Positions 14,434 through 30,632 of a stretch of DNA of 64,000 bases are shown one piece after another. The position numbers and the translations under genes are program-made. The notes under the pieces are model-generated. The model was given only the letters and a program-made list of their open reading frames with translations. It was not told the origin of the DNA and did not search any database. The stretch is from NCBI RefSeq assembly GCF_006345805.1, contig NC_043003.1:56482001-56546000 (forward strand), read 5' to 3'. How positions within the stretch are numbered: position 1 is the stretch's first letter; each line of letters starts with the position of its first letter. The DNA comes from Octopus sinensis. Taxonomy: Eukaryota.

Positions 14434-15239
14434 AGTTACAAATTGTTGTTATGAAATATGAGAAATAAAGGAAATTATTACAAATATTATGGTGGGAAGA
14501 TGTTTGAAGTGGTGTTTGTGTTGATGGTGGCGGTGACAGTGTTGGTCGCACCGCTCGTAGGTGGGCGACTGTGGTTGTGGTTCCGGTGACAGTGGTTGCG
14601 ACAGTGATGGTGGAAACGAAGACGTTAATGAGGTTGTAGAGCGAAAAGATTATGCCAATGACAGCAACAATAACGTCGACAACATCGACAACACATATGA
14701 GTGGCAATGATAAATTGTTACCGTCGACCAACTTGCCTTCTTTACAATTCATATGTAATCAATACAGCTTAAAGCGGTGACAATAGTCGTGAGTCATCTT
14801 ACCCACTGAGATTTGACCTTTGCGATCGCAGAGAATTTTGGGGTACATTCTATGTAATTAATATACTAAATTATCTTTGTTTGGTGCCATAGTGTGGAGA
14901 ATTCTCAATTTTTAAGAATCATTATTAACTCTGATTTTTATTGTTACCTGTGCAAATATTAATTTTCTGTTTCTCTAATCAAGATCTAACGACAATTCCC
15001 TCACGTGTGCTCATTGTGTTCAAGAATACAAATACATATTGAGAGATATGTGAATGTGTGAGAGTATATATATGTATGTATGTATGCATGTATGTATGTA
15101 TGTATATGTCTGTGTCTTTGTGCGTGTGTGTATATGTATGTATATATATGTGTGTGTGTGTGTTTTTACGCACTTGCTCATATACTACTACTACTACTAC
15201 TACTACTACTCGCTGTGTGGTAAGTAGCTTGCTTATCAA

Positions 15240-15299
<60 letters not shown>

Positions 15300-15433
15300 G
15301 ATATATATATATATATATATATATATAGTATAGGATAAAATTTTCGAAAATAATTTTATCAAAGGCCAGCATATCAAAAAATACCTTCAAAGGTTAAATT
15401 TATAAACAAGGGCAAAAGAAGTATATAAACATA

Positions 15434-15465
<32 letters not shown>

Positions 15466-15789
15466 CATATATATATATACATACATACATAAATATATAC
15501 AGCGTGATTGAAAAATCGCCATACATAGGAACGATTTATTTTCTTTATAAGAAACAGTTTATAAGAGGATTTTATTTTAACAGGCTCTATACGGTTACCA
15601 TTGTTTTGAATACACATTGCAATACGCTTACCCCACTCACTTTGAACTCGTAATTGCACATTTGGTGATACGTGTGCAAAGGTGTTGGTGATGCGTTCCT
15701 TCAAATGATTTATGTCTTATATCTTTCCGCTGTACCCCATGCCTTTCAAATGTCTACAGATAGAAGTCAATAGGAGTCAGAAGAGAGGT

Positions 15790-15955
15790 TCTAGGGGATC
15801 TTACAACCGATGCTGGTGTGTTTACGTCCGCGTAAGTTAGCGGTTCGGCGAAAAAAACCGAGGGAATAAGTACTAGGCTTGCAGAGAATAGGTCCTGGCT
15901 GTGCTCCAGCATGGCCGCTGTCAAATGACTGAAACAAATAAAAGAAAAAAATTAA
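15790..15955 (+). mobile_element. SINE family A, 3' half
   Basis: caaccgatgctggtgtgtttacgtcc...cagcatggccgctgtcaaatgactgaaacaaataaaag. Confidence 0.8.
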
Positions 15956-16087
15956 AAGAATACACACACACACATACATATATGGGGGGGTTTGCGCGAC
16001 GCTGTGGCTAAAAGTGTGTGTATGTATCATTGTGTGTTTATATTATTGTTATATCATTGTGTGTTTATATTATTGCATGTATATGTA

Positions 16088-16510
16088 TTCTTTCCTTTGT
16101 CTTTCACTTGTTTCAGTCATTTGACTGCGGCCATGCTGGAGTACCGCCGTTAGTCGTGCAAATCGACCGCAGGACTTATTCTTTATAAGCCTAGTACTTA
16201 TTCTGTCGGTCTCTTTAGCCGAACCGCTAGGTTACGGGGAAGTAAACACACTAGCATCAGTTATCAAGTGATGTTGGGGTACAAACACAGACACACAAGC
16301 ATATACATACACCCACACACACACCACATATATATATATACATATATACGACGGTTTTCTTTCAGTTTCTGTCTACCAAATCCACTCAAAAGGCTTTGGT
16401 CGGCCCGAGGCCATAGTAGAAGGCACTTGCCCAAGGTGCCACGCAGTGGGACTGAATCCAGAACCGTGTGGTTGGTTAGCAAGCTACTTACCACACAGGC
16501 TTCCTGCGTC
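16088..16510 (-). mobile_element. SINE family A, near full length
   Basis: Colinear with 30633-31017, including tRNA-like head and internal microsatellite. Confidence 0.9.
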
Positions 16511-17212
16511 TATGTGTGTGTCTCGTGTAAACATAATTGCAAGAGATCTTTCACAGCACGAAACATACATCGATGTAACAATGTGAAAACGGGAGAGTGT
16601 GAACACAGATGTTGGTATAAGTATCTCAAACGACGCGTATACAAAGGATCAGTTATATATGTATGTGTGTGGGTGTGTGTTTTGTGTATGACTATGTGTG
16701 TGTGTGTGTGCGTGCATGTGCGTGTATTTATGCATGTTTCTTTTGCTTGTTTCAGTCATTAGACTGCGGCCATGCTTTTCCATCACCTTGAAGAACTTTT
16801 AATCGAATAAATCGGCCCCAGTACTTTTGTTATTTAAGGCTGGTATTTTTTTCTATCGATAGCTTTTGCCGAACCCCAAGTTACTGGTGCGCAGCCTTTG
16901 CTTTAAAATGTTTTCGGTATGAATTATCCTTAATAACATGATTTCATCATTCAAAACACGTCCAAAATTTCTACAGGCATTTTCCTTCATTTTAGCACCT
17001 GTTTCCTTGTAAATATGCCCTGTATTGTTACAAGACATGCCTCTCTTCTCTTGTCTCCGAGCCATTCAACCAATCATTTTTGCAACCTGGTTGCTTTTCG
17101 TTAAGAAGCTGTTTACTGATTGATGTGTTAACCACCTATATTTCATTCATCCTCCTTAGCGAAATGTAGCTCTCTGAGCACACATACTTCTAATGGTTGT
17201 ACAGTCATTCCT

Positions 17213-17550
17213 GTGAAGGCGCATAGCTCAGTGGTTAGAGCGTCGAGCTTACGATCGTGACGTTGCGAATTCGAATCCTGGGCTGCGTGTTGTGTTCTTG
17301 AGCATCACACTTTATCCCAAGTTGCTCCAAGTCACTCAGCTGTAGAAATGAATTGCAACGTCACAGGGCCAAGCTGCATCGACATTTGCCTTTCCCTTGG
17401 ATAATACTACTGGTCTGGATAGGGGAGGCCGTTATGCATGGACGACTGCTGGTCTTCTACAAACAATCTTGCCCGGACATGTGCCTGAGGGGGAGGGTCA
17501 CATTCTAGGTGCAATCCCATGATCAGTCACAACCGAAGGGGGTCTCAGCA
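17213..17550 (+). mobile_element. SINE family C (tRNA head plus V/CORE-like domain), full length with 12-bp TSD
   Basis: A-box tagctcagtgg at 17224, B-box-like gaattcgaatcc at 17267, central gttgtgttcttgagca. Identical direct repeat acagtcattcct at 17201-17212 and 17551-17562. Confidence 0.88.
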
Positions 17551-17993
17551 ACAGTCATTCCTTCTCAGCAAATTTGTTTTAATTTGCACTGTAAATTATT
17601 AAAAGCGTGTATATTAAATTATATTTTCATGCATTAGCAGCCAAATTCATGAAATCTTACATATTAAAACTTAATGAACATTTTGAAGCAACAGGGACCT
17701 TAACAATATACCAACAGACTATAGAAAGCATTAACATTTCCAATTGTGCATGCCAAGCTGCAGTGTATCAAACACAACATACAACCACACACACACGCAC
17801 ATCCACAGGCGCGCACAAACAAACACACATACATGCATTTAGATATTTGTATACACAAATACATACACAAACACGTGGCCGCGGTGCATGTATGTCGGTG
17901 GTGTATCTTATTTTCATCCATCTTTTTATATATGTATATATGTATGTGTGTGCGTGTGCTTCTGCGCACGCGTGTTTAGATATATATAATATA

Positions 17994-18087
<94 letters not shown>

Positions 18088-18332
18088 ATAATACATATAT
18101 ATATATATATATATATACATACATACATATATATATATATACACACATACACATATATATATATACAGCGAGAGAGAGGTTATGAGAAGTAATGGTGTCA
18201 ATATGACCCAAAGGTGTCAGGTGATGCTGAGTAAGTACTATGGATAGACCATAATTAAGTTCCAGTTTCAGTGATTATGCGAATAAGGAGTCCAACGTAG
18301 GTCATATATCAGCGTGTGTATATATATATATA

Positions 18333-18855
18333 TTATTTTTCAGAATGAGATAAAAACCTAAGGCTGTGAAGATTTTAGAACATTTATAAATAGGTCTTAC
18401 AGCTGTTTCCAGGATATTTATTATATCCCTTCATCGGAGACGGTGTGAGAAAATGTTTAAGCAATAGTTAATTTAGATAAGATACGAAATAGAGAATGAA
18501 GTAGAGGCATGAAAATAGATGTGAGATATGCAGGGATATTGCGTTTGTAGATCCATAATTTAGGCAGAATGGTATACATATAAGATTCCAATATGTTGTG
18601 AGTAAATTCCAATCGTATTTAAAATTCATCATTGTAAATTGCAATAGTATTTAAAATTGGTCATTCCAAGTATAGATTTTGTACACAGCGCTATTATTTC
18701 GAGGGTTTTCCTGCCTAAATAATGGATCAATAAACGCAATATTTCTGCATATCAAGCATCTATATTCATTGCTCCACTTCACTCTCTATTTCGTATCTTA
18801 TCTAAATTAGCTATAGCTTAACCATTTTCTCACACCACCGATGAAGGTATATAAT
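18333..18855 (-). mobile_element. Non-coding Penelope-like/retrozyme-like cassette with inverted partial duplication
   Basis: About 150-bp inverted arms (18420-18569 / 18708-18855), hammerhead motif at 18394-18441, abuts (TA)n at about 18318-18332. Confidence 0.65.
18394..18441 (-). ncRNA. Minimal type I hammerhead ribozyme motif (core variant CCGAUGA)
   Basis: Minus strand reads GTCT-CCGATGA-A-G-GGATAT-AATAA-ATATCC-TG-GAAAC-AGCT-GTA-AGAC: stem I GTCT/AGAC, stem II GGATAT/ATATCC, palindromic loop AGCT. Confidence 0.65.
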
Positions 18856-20075
18856 GTGTTCCGTAAGGAAGCTACTTACCACACAGCGACCCCTGTGCCT
18901 TTTGTCTTCAATCTCATTGTTTGTTTACATCTGACGTCGCGATAGGAAACGTAGCAAAACATCAGTGATGGCAATAATATATGAAGAAATACGCTCGGCA
19001 AAATAATGACAACTACTTCACCACATACCGCCAACAGCAACAACACCGATATAGACAATCACCTTCACTATCACTCCTGCAAACCTACAAACAGCCACAC
19101 CCTGCTACCTCTAACGTTATCTTTACCGCACCAACAACGCCATCATTTTAAAAAGTGCTACTGCGACTACATTTACCGGTCTAAGAGGGGTTTCTGCTCA
19201 CTTGGCGACCCAAAGAACAGGATTTACGTGAACTCATATTTCTTTACACTATTCTTTTGAAGATGGGTTTTTGTGGCTGAAATATATAAAGTTTCTTCAA
19301 CTTTCCTCTCTGCATTGTTTTCTTATTTCTTATTTCCAATTTCTTTTATTCTACTTCAATATTACAATGCTTCATGCGAACTATAACGTTCTCCTCTTAA
19401 GCATAAACGCACACACACACACACACATATATAATTATTATCATTATTATTATTTGAAGGTAACAATGCATGTATCAAAGCGCTATTACTAGTTTCTCAG
19501 GTTGATCCAGCTGGCTATAGACACATATATACAAGGGGGGTCAACGGTCCCACTTCTAGCCTTACGTATTACTCACAGATCTAAGTTTCTTGATGTTGTC
19601 TGTCTTCAATGTAAGACACCCACAAACTAGTGACGAACGAAAGCTCTATCCGCTTACAAATATATATATACGTGTGTGTGTGTGTGTGTTTGTGTGTGTG
19701 TGTAATTATTAATGTTTATATGCCAATAGAATATGCCAGTCCAATAAAGGACGATGTTACTGTTGTTTTAGCCTCAGGCAAAGATCTTAGATAAATTACC
19801 TAGATACTTAGATAAGAAAATGCCCGGGCCGTGTCTGAATTAATAGCACTACCTGGAAAATAAGAGTTTACAAGCACGACGAGACTCGAACTCACAATGT
19901 TCTAATTCGCTCTGAGATACACATGCATGTACTTTCTTCTACGAGACAGGAGCTCACCGATCATTTCTATATCTTTTCAATTGCCCTTACGAACATTTTA
20001 TGACATTTTCACGAAATAGCCAAATAGGAGAAAATAGGATATGAATCGCTCTCTCTCTCTCTCTCTCTCTTTCTT

Positions 20076-20140
<65 letters not shown>

Positions 20141-21499
20141 ACATATATGTATATGTGTGTATACTGACAGGGCAAGACCACTAGATAGTCGGCCGCATGC
20201 TAGAAGTAGATCATCAACGATCAAACTACAAGGAATATTCTCTAGAGGAAAATTCAGCAAAACACCAGAAACAAATTAGGCGGGCAAGACAGATGCAAAT
20301 TTATATTAAAAATATATGTATGTATGTATATATATATATATACACCCAATAATCGTGTCTAATAATAATTTTAGGAATTTTTAAGCAATTATATACACAC
20401 CTACAATTTCTTTCTGCCAATTGTTTGTTACTTTCAATTTCGCTGTAGTTCTATGGCGACATCGGTGATATATTAGCGGTGTAAAATTTATTATATTTGA
20501 TTGTTGAGATGTGGTGATTAACATTTAATAGTATGGTAGCATCATTTGAAAAAGATTTATTCTCTGTTATTTATGTTGTTTATCCGTACATAGAGGCGAT
20601 TATACGAATTTAAATGCTATTCTTGCCTGATTTTGTTTAGTAGAATTTAAATGCTTTTCTTTTTTTTTTATTTTGCATCTGAGGTGAGGGGAAGGGTGAT
20701 TCGCGAATGAATGATTCATTTCACTATGTGAATTTCAACTATATGTGTACGCTTGTCATGTCTCTCTCTCTCTTTTCTTTCTCCTTCTCTGTGTCTCTTT
20801 CACCTCCTCTCTCGATCTTCCCACCCTCTCTCTCTTTCTATTTATCCATCTCTCTGCCTTCTAACCTAGCTAGCTCAAACTGTCTTTTAATCAATGTTTA
20901 TTATAAATCCAATCGGGAATAGTCAACAATATAAAAGTCTACGTATAAGTTTGCAGGTCTCGAAGGCGGGACACCAGGGGATACAAAATGGGACTGATGA
21001 ACTGCCATATTTAGTATAATTAAGGTACTTTTAACATCTTTTTTAAGAAATCTAAATCCATGGTGAAGGAAGAATTATATTGAGGGTGAAACACATATTC
21101 GTTTCGATAGTATAGAGATTAATATGCAAAAGATATCTGTTATTTGAAGGAACTAATATTCTTGAAATCGAAAATCTTGGTCCTTATTTTTCACTCTTTT
21201 TCCATCCATATATATATTTAGATATTATAGTGTTCAAATTTACAGAAAACAAACGATCAAACGATGAAAACAGCTGAGGAAACAACGTGCAGCTTTATTA
21301 GTTTGAAGCTTGGAAATATTATTAAAAAAGGCTTTGAGGTTTTGAACCTGCGATCTGTAACAGAGTGTTCGGACTAAATTCCATGATTTTATATATCTCA
21401 TATCACTAGGAAGAGCTTCATGCGCTGGCGAACAGTCAACTGTATTGGGGAGCTTAAAGATTAATGTTGTAGTTGAGGAAAAGTTTACTAATATGGACG

Positions 21500-22080
21500 A
21501 CTAGAGATTATCTGAATATTAGATAAGTGTTCACTGTATCATGATGAATTGCGCCAGGTATGAAAATGCCGATATCATGACAGCTACTCAATGTTTTGCG
21601 AATACCGTAAAGGCTGTAAAATGTGACATGGGTATCTGCAACAGAGACTACAATGCAGTGACGACCAGGATAGGACTCAGCAGGCTTTCTTAATGCGTCC
21701 GCACGCCGGATTTCGTCCAATAACTGATTAAAAAGGGCTTTGAGCTCTATTAAAACGCTTGGGTGAAGCTGCTGGCCAAGGGGCAATCTCTTGCTGGTCG
21801 GAATTGCTGCTGGAAGTCCGTATGTGTGACAGCCATATTCATCTCCTTTTCATACCTCCGAAGAGTGACAGAATTAGTTGTCGGGAAATTTCTATGGCTT
21901 CACCAGCCTAAATTTCATACCTCCAAATTCGCCCCACGTGTGGGGCGCGACACTAGCCACTCTGCCTGCTGTAACAAGGACGAACTGGTGGCCTAGATTT
22001 TCTCAGGAAAAAAGTGAAGAACGTATGAGCCAGGTTTTAGAGCTGTCTTGATGCCGTGAGGTAATCTGAGGGCGCCTACT
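21500..22080 (-). other. GC-richer unique segment with coding-like frames; possibly a heavily decayed retroelement or an exon
   Basis: Open frame 21508-21849 (KGDEYGC...IELKALFNQLLDEIRR...YGIRK) with only weak resemblance to non-LTR RT motifs. Confidence 0.25.
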
Positions 22081-23582
22081 TTGATGAACTATTATCATCT
22101 AGTTATAATTTGGTTGGTATTCTTTTTCTTTTTCATACTTCTACTTTTGGATGAAATAATGTGCTTTCTTTTATTTTTATGGATACTATCAAATGTAGCT
22201 CAAAAACCCTGTAGAAATCCTTGTTTGTGTATAGTGCAAAATAACATGAATATATCTACACAAACACACACAAATACAAACACACAGGGCACTGATACTC
22301 ACAGACATATTCAGATGTTCATTTTTCTATTGTATATACAATCATATACACTCACACCTATATTGTATCTTGTGAGCGTGAGTATATTTGTATGGGTGTA
22401 ATTTACCTGAACATCAACATTTTTGAGATAAAGAAAAATAGATGAAAAAGATAAAACATTTCTGATAAAAATAGAATTAACAGAAATATGAAGAAAAACA
22501 AATGATGGAAACATTAAATTAAAGAAGCAGGAATTTTAACGGTTTGTTTGGTGCAATGTTTGGTTTCCCCCTAGAATGTGTATTTTTTTCTCATATCATA
22601 TTGAACATCAGCTGAAATTACAGCTAAAGGTGAGCGTTTTAAGATAAGTAGTTGTTACTATATGTATCAGTAAATACTAAGGTTTTATCAAGTTTTGCAG
22701 GTCTTATGTCTCACGGTAGACATCTTTTTGAAAATTTGTTTGCTTTTGATGCTTTTGTATAAAATATTATTTAGGTTTCCGTTGTGTAAGTAATATTGCT
22801 TATTGACTCTGCTATAAGACTCAGATTCCCTTATATTTTATTTCATTTTAACGGCTCGAAAATTGCTATAAGTTGTTGCACATCTCTTAGCTTTGAGTGC
22901 ACTGCTTGTTATAGCAGAAACGGCTGTATCTTAATGGAGAGGATTAATATTATGCTCTGTACTCTTCTGACGCTTTACTCAAAAGCAGTGTTTTCCAAAT
23001 GATGAGTCGCCAGCAGGGCGTAGGTGTGCCGCAAACATAGGGAAACTAGTATATAAAATACCCAATACCAATTTGATTCAGCTTTTCAGAATTTGTTTGT
23101 CAGCATGTGCCTACCGGCTGTCGTTTCCCACTTAATGTTTGGAGGCGAAATTTTAAAGAAATAAATAAAAAAAACGAAAAAAAAAACAAAAACAAACAAA
23201 AGTAATCTTCATTATATAACACTCATTTTCATTGTATTTTATTCAGTGTAAAGGAATTAACATACTGCGAGCGCTATTCTCTTGTCCGAAGTAAATTGAA
23301 AATCGATTAAAAATGGTCTAAGCCATACATGTTTTAGTGAGCGAATAATACGCGTTACTGAGCGTGAACTAATAATTATAAAATCGCATTAAACTCATGC
23401 CACACTTGCCCCTTGTTTATCAGTCTCGCGGGCTTAGCCTTAAGATCCGGGTCTTCTAATTAAGTGCAACGTTCTATTTCTAATTTTATCGTCCTTAGTG
23501 CTGGTGATACTAATTGCATGTTTAGTTATCATAACTATAATAAATCAGAATAGTTTTATTCTGTAATTAAATTACCCATAAA

Positions 23583-25655
<2,073 letters not shown>

Positions 25656-26250
25656 AGTTCTTCCCATCGAGCTCTTGAATCTTGTTAAAATAGTAAGTTA
25701 TAAAAGTCATATTTTTATTAATCCTTGCACATATTTACAGATTATTATCGATAAATGATAACTCATTTTTCTAGAAAATTAATTTAATTTTGTTTACAAA
25801 TTATACATTTATAAAATATAAATGAAAGGTTTTCTCAACATGTTCCGCTATTAAAATTAATTTATGCATCGGTATCTAATAGCCATGGTAAATCATATTA
25901 AAATAAATAATGTTCAGTGTGTATAAAACTTAATTGGTGTGTCACTAAATTATGTATGTTGAAAAAGTGTATCGCTAACCGGGAGAGTTTAGAAAACATT
26001 ACTCTAAAGCATATGTACATTGAGTTCAAACAACTGGTGATTAGTATCGCTATGCCTAACCGAAACCATAAATTATATTTATAGGGAAATTTAAATATTA
26101 TAATTTTAGTTCTTATATATATATGTATATAAAGAAGTACATTTGAATATATTAATGTTACGAACGTGTCCTTTATTGATTACAATCTCTACTGTATCGA
26201 TTAGCTGGGGGTGATATATTTCCTTTATTAATAGTAGTTGCGAATTTAAG

Positions 26251-26422
26251 GGGGTGAGCTGGCAGAATCTGTAGCACACCGGGAGAAATGCTTAGCAGTA
26301 TTTCGTCCGCCGTTACATTCTGAGTTCAAATTCCGCCGAGGCCAACTTTGCCTTTCATCCTTTAGGGGTCGATAAATTAAGTACCAGTTACGCACTGGGG
26401 TCGATGTGATTTACTTAATCCC
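26251..26422 (+). mobile_element. SINE family B (Meta/MESC-like)
   Basis: gagctggcagaatc...gagttcaaattccgccgagg...ggggtcgataaattaagtaccagttacgcactggggtcgatg. Confidence 0.88.
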
Positions 26423-27169
26423 TTTGTATATATGCATATATAAATATATGCATATATACATACATATATGTAAATACCTACATATATATGTATATATACA
26501 TGCATATATGGGTACAGGACATCAAAAAAACGTTGAATACATTGAGAAACGAGACATGCAACATAAAGATGATTCCCCTTCTTCAGTTGTCCCTATTTCA
26601 TCTACTCCGCGTTTTCGAAAGCAATACAATACGCGACTTCGTTGAAACAATCCTTCCCGTAAAGCAAATTAAATAAAATGTAGGATTTTTTGCGGAGGGT
26701 GAAAGTGGTAACAAGAACAGGATAGTGAGAACAAGACAGTAAAAACAAACGGTGAGGGTTGTTAAGCCAAGACAATAGAAAAATTATTATGAATGCTAGT
26801 AGTGACGAGCTATAAGAGGAGACAGGTATAAGCACGTCATGTCTTTAGGAAGGAAATGGACGGAAAGTTAGATTCCTTTTCGTCACCTGTCAGCGATGAG
26901 AGGGTCAAGGAGGAAGGGTGAAAAAGAGGGAATGGTGAAGAGTAGAGGAGAAGACTAGGAAGGGTGAAAAAGAAAACCAGAAAAGGATAAAGAACAATAC
27001 AGGGAGAGAGAGATAGACAGAGAGGATATAGTAGAGATAGAAGAGTGCGCATAGTAATTATTAAGATAAACCTTACTTGGAAAAAGATGCGTGGCGTTCG
27101 GTCATATAATAATATAAATAATATATAAATATATGCCTATATACATACCTATATGTACACATACACATA

Positions 27170-27211
<42 letters not shown>

Positions 27212-27265
27212 CATATACATATATATATTTACATATCTACAGACATATGTATATATATGCATGTA

Positions 27266-27322
<57 letters not shown>

Positions 27323-27848
27323 GTATAAATATATATATATGTGTGTGTATGTATGTGTATATGTACATAGAAAAGTAGGCACTTAAATGCACACATATTT
27401 ACGCCCGCCCACATGCCTGGTGAAGCAATTAATTCACAAACCAATTCCTAATTGAACTAGTCATGACGTTTATTCCCTAATTAGAAACCAATGAAAGCAG
27501 TGGCATCTGTATTATATGCATTGAATGCGCTTTCCTCGGCGTTTAAATCTAACATATATTCATATATTCACCCTCATACACAAGCTTAAATGGAACCGGC
27601 AATTCTGCTATACTTATACAGTATTATAAATATGTTACGTAGGACACACACACACATACACACGATAGTATTATGGTATAGAATACTTGAACCATTGGAG
27701 GTTTAATATCAAATGTCTCAATTTCATCTGTCCCTCCCTCTATACACTCATATGTAACGCCATACACATATATACATACAAACTAACACACACATACATA
27801 TATATATGTATGTGTGTGTACGTGTGAATAACACGAATATACATACAC

Positions 27849-27908
<60 letters not shown>

Positions 27909-27935
27909 CATACATATATATATATACATATACAT

Positions 27936-28010
<75 letters not shown>

Positions 28011-28939
28011 CATATACATATATATATGCATATATATATATATATACATACACGTATACATATATATTTGTGTATATATATAGCTGTATGTATACACTCA
28101 CACACGAACACACTCATAGGCACAAGTACATACACGCACTGGCGCACATACATACAGGAATACACGCGCGCACGCACGCACACACTTAATTTTCATTATT
28201 ACTCTATTTTTGTGGGAACAATAGCAAAACGTCGAAAATAGTATTTAAAATAATTTATGAACTAAAACTGTGTCACTAGAATTTTGAATAACAATTAGAT
28301 AAACACAACTTGATAATTATTTCACGAATTTCTAAGGAATTGTGTTCTCACCTACATTTTGATTCAACCAACTGGTGGAGCAATATTATTCAGAGGAATA
28401 CTATTGAGAATATGGCTAATTTCCGTGCGGTGATGGTTCACGTTTAATTATATAAGAACATCATTAAAGAAAAAATGTAACAACAAAAACGAAATTGACG
28501 TATGTTGTTACGCACGCTGTTTACACGTATATAGTGATGATGATAATTATAAATGTATTTAAGATACGTAATTGTCTTGGTTGGGTTCCAATAAATTTTT
28601 TAGTTGATACGTTCCAATAATTTTTTTTCCCGATGTCGAAAGAATGGAAGGTTCTTATTTCATATACCCCGACAAGGTGAAAGTCGGCCTCGGCGGAATT
28701 TGATTCCAGTACACAGCGAAAATGCTGCAATGGCTGTGTGAGGCAGCTCCTGCCTCAACGGACGCCATGCATACTTCCAAACCACATGGTTCCAGGCTCA
28801 GTTCCACTGCGTGGCACCTTTGGTAAGTGTCTTCAACTATAGCATCGGTAGACACAAACTGAAAGGGATCCATCGTATGACCATCTCTGTCCGGCCATCG
28901 CCATGATTGACCGCTAACTACTAAAGCTTTCTTTTTTTA

Positions 28940-29090
28940 TTCATCTCTGATTATTCTCTCGTGTTCCTTTCTTATGAAGTGCGTAGGCTGGAAAGGTAAA
29001 ATACTTTCTCACCTTCCCGAGCGTTAAACTAATACAACTGTTTGTTGTTAGCACACCTTTCTTCTTTTGTTTTTGTAAATTCCAACTACA
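28940..29090 (+). mobile_element. Penelope-like tail fragment with degenerate hammerhead motif (28967-29002); same family as 52590-52775
   Basis: gtgttcctttcttatgaagtgcgtaggctggaaaggtaaaa aligns with the rc of 52688-52730; ends at a microsatellite. Confidence 0.55.
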
Positions 29091-29149
29091 TATATATGTC
29101 TGTGTGGGTGTATGTGTTTGTGTTTGTGTGTGTGTGTGTGTGTGTGAGT

Positions 29150-29365
29150 GAGTGTGTGTGTGTCTTTGCCTGCGCTTGTCCCTCCACCATCGCTTGACAA
29201 CCGATGTTGGTGTGTTAAAGTCCCCGTAACTTAGCGGTTCGGCAGAAGTATCCGATAGAATAAGTATTAGGCTTACAAAGAATAAGTACTGAGAACTATT
29301 TGTATGACTAAAAGCACTGCTCCAGCATGGCCGCACTCAAATGACTGACACAAATAAATGACTAA
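29150..29365 (+). mobile_element. SINE family A, 3' half
   Basis: cgcttgacaaccgatgttggtgtgtt...cagcatggccgcactcaaatgactgac. Confidence 0.82.
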
Positions 29366-29416
29366 ATGACATATGTATATATGTATATGTGTGTGTATGT
29401 GTGTGTGCCTCTCTCT

Positions 29417-29461
<45 letters not shown>

Positions 29462-29494
29462 CATATGTGTGTGTGTGAGTGTGGGGGGTGTATA

Positions 29495-29613
29495 CAGGTG
29501 TCTGCAAAAGTAGGTATACTGTTACTTAATGAGTGAAATGTTCTTTTGCCTCCTGTTTCATTTTTAGTATAAGGATTCTATTCATATCAAATTGTGTACT
29601 TAGCCCACACCTG
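29495..29613. mobile_element. Small Tc1-like MITE
   Basis: TA-flanked short TIRs caggtgt... / ...acacctg; TA at 29493-29494 and 29614-29615. Confidence 0.45.
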
Positions 29614-30632
29614 TACATATACTCCTACACAAACACACACACACACACACGCGCTATAGAAAATTAATTTAGAGCTATATTCTCTCTATAAAATAATAGG
29701 TACTTGTTTGATGTCTCCTGTCCCGAGGTGGGAAAAGGGGTGGAGAAAGAGAGAGCGAACAAAAGAGAAATGCAGAGGGTGAGTAAGAGGTGTAGGATGA
29801 AAGAATACACTAGGCTTGGTGGCAGGCAGAGAGAACGATAGAGGAAGATTATGGAAGGAGAACGAGGAGAACGAGGAGGAGGGAAGAAGAAGGAAGGGGA
29901 ACAGAAGGTGGAGGAGAAATAGGAATAAAATGCGCCGTTGTTTTGGAAAGAGTTACACAAATGAGAATTTTGAGGGTAATTAATATTTTCTTTTGAAAAT
30001 CAGTATTCTTTTCATCAGTTGCATTAGCACCAAAAAGTATCATGAAAGTTAAATTATAATTATCATATTAATTGATATATTAATTGATATATTTCTCATG
30101 GTGGCAAAAGTTTATTTCCAAAGATTCTTTTCATAATACGGGTAATACTATACTTTACGATGATACTCAGATAATTAAAATCACTTCCTGTTTTGTCTTA
30201 TCCGTATAAAGCCAGTGTCCTTGCAACAAATGCCAGCGTTATTCAAATACGGCGGAAATTTCAAAAACAGAGACAATTTAAATTTGCAATGCAAATAGTA
30301 ATTAAGTGTGCCTAAATTTTCTATATTAACATTAATAATAGAATTTAAATATTAATTTACGGAAATGAGTTGCTACTGTACTTATATTAGAATAAATATT
30401 TCACAGTTATCTCGGAAAATATTATTATTTGTTCATAATGATTAGTCAAGAGCAAAAAAAAAAATGCTGCAAGTATTTAAGAGCGATAAAGTATAGAGTG
30501 TTACATGCATATCAGAAATTGGAAGAGGCACTCTAAAATACAATTATGCCACATATTGAAATACAATATGATATAGGACTGTATATGTATGTAAGAACAA
30601 GTGAACAACTTTTCCTTAATATAATATATATA

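Noticed and set aside
13794-14752. Poly-T/H/S/Y ORFs
   Set aside because: Trinucleotide-repeat artefacts.
17217-17290. tRNA-like sequence
   Set aside because: No acceptor stem, and it continues into a SINE body bounded by a 12-bp TSD. It is a SINE head, not a tRNA gene.
18932-18955. ctgacg...gaaacgta hammerhead-like string
   Set aside because: A9 is missing, and neither stem II nor stem I can pair.
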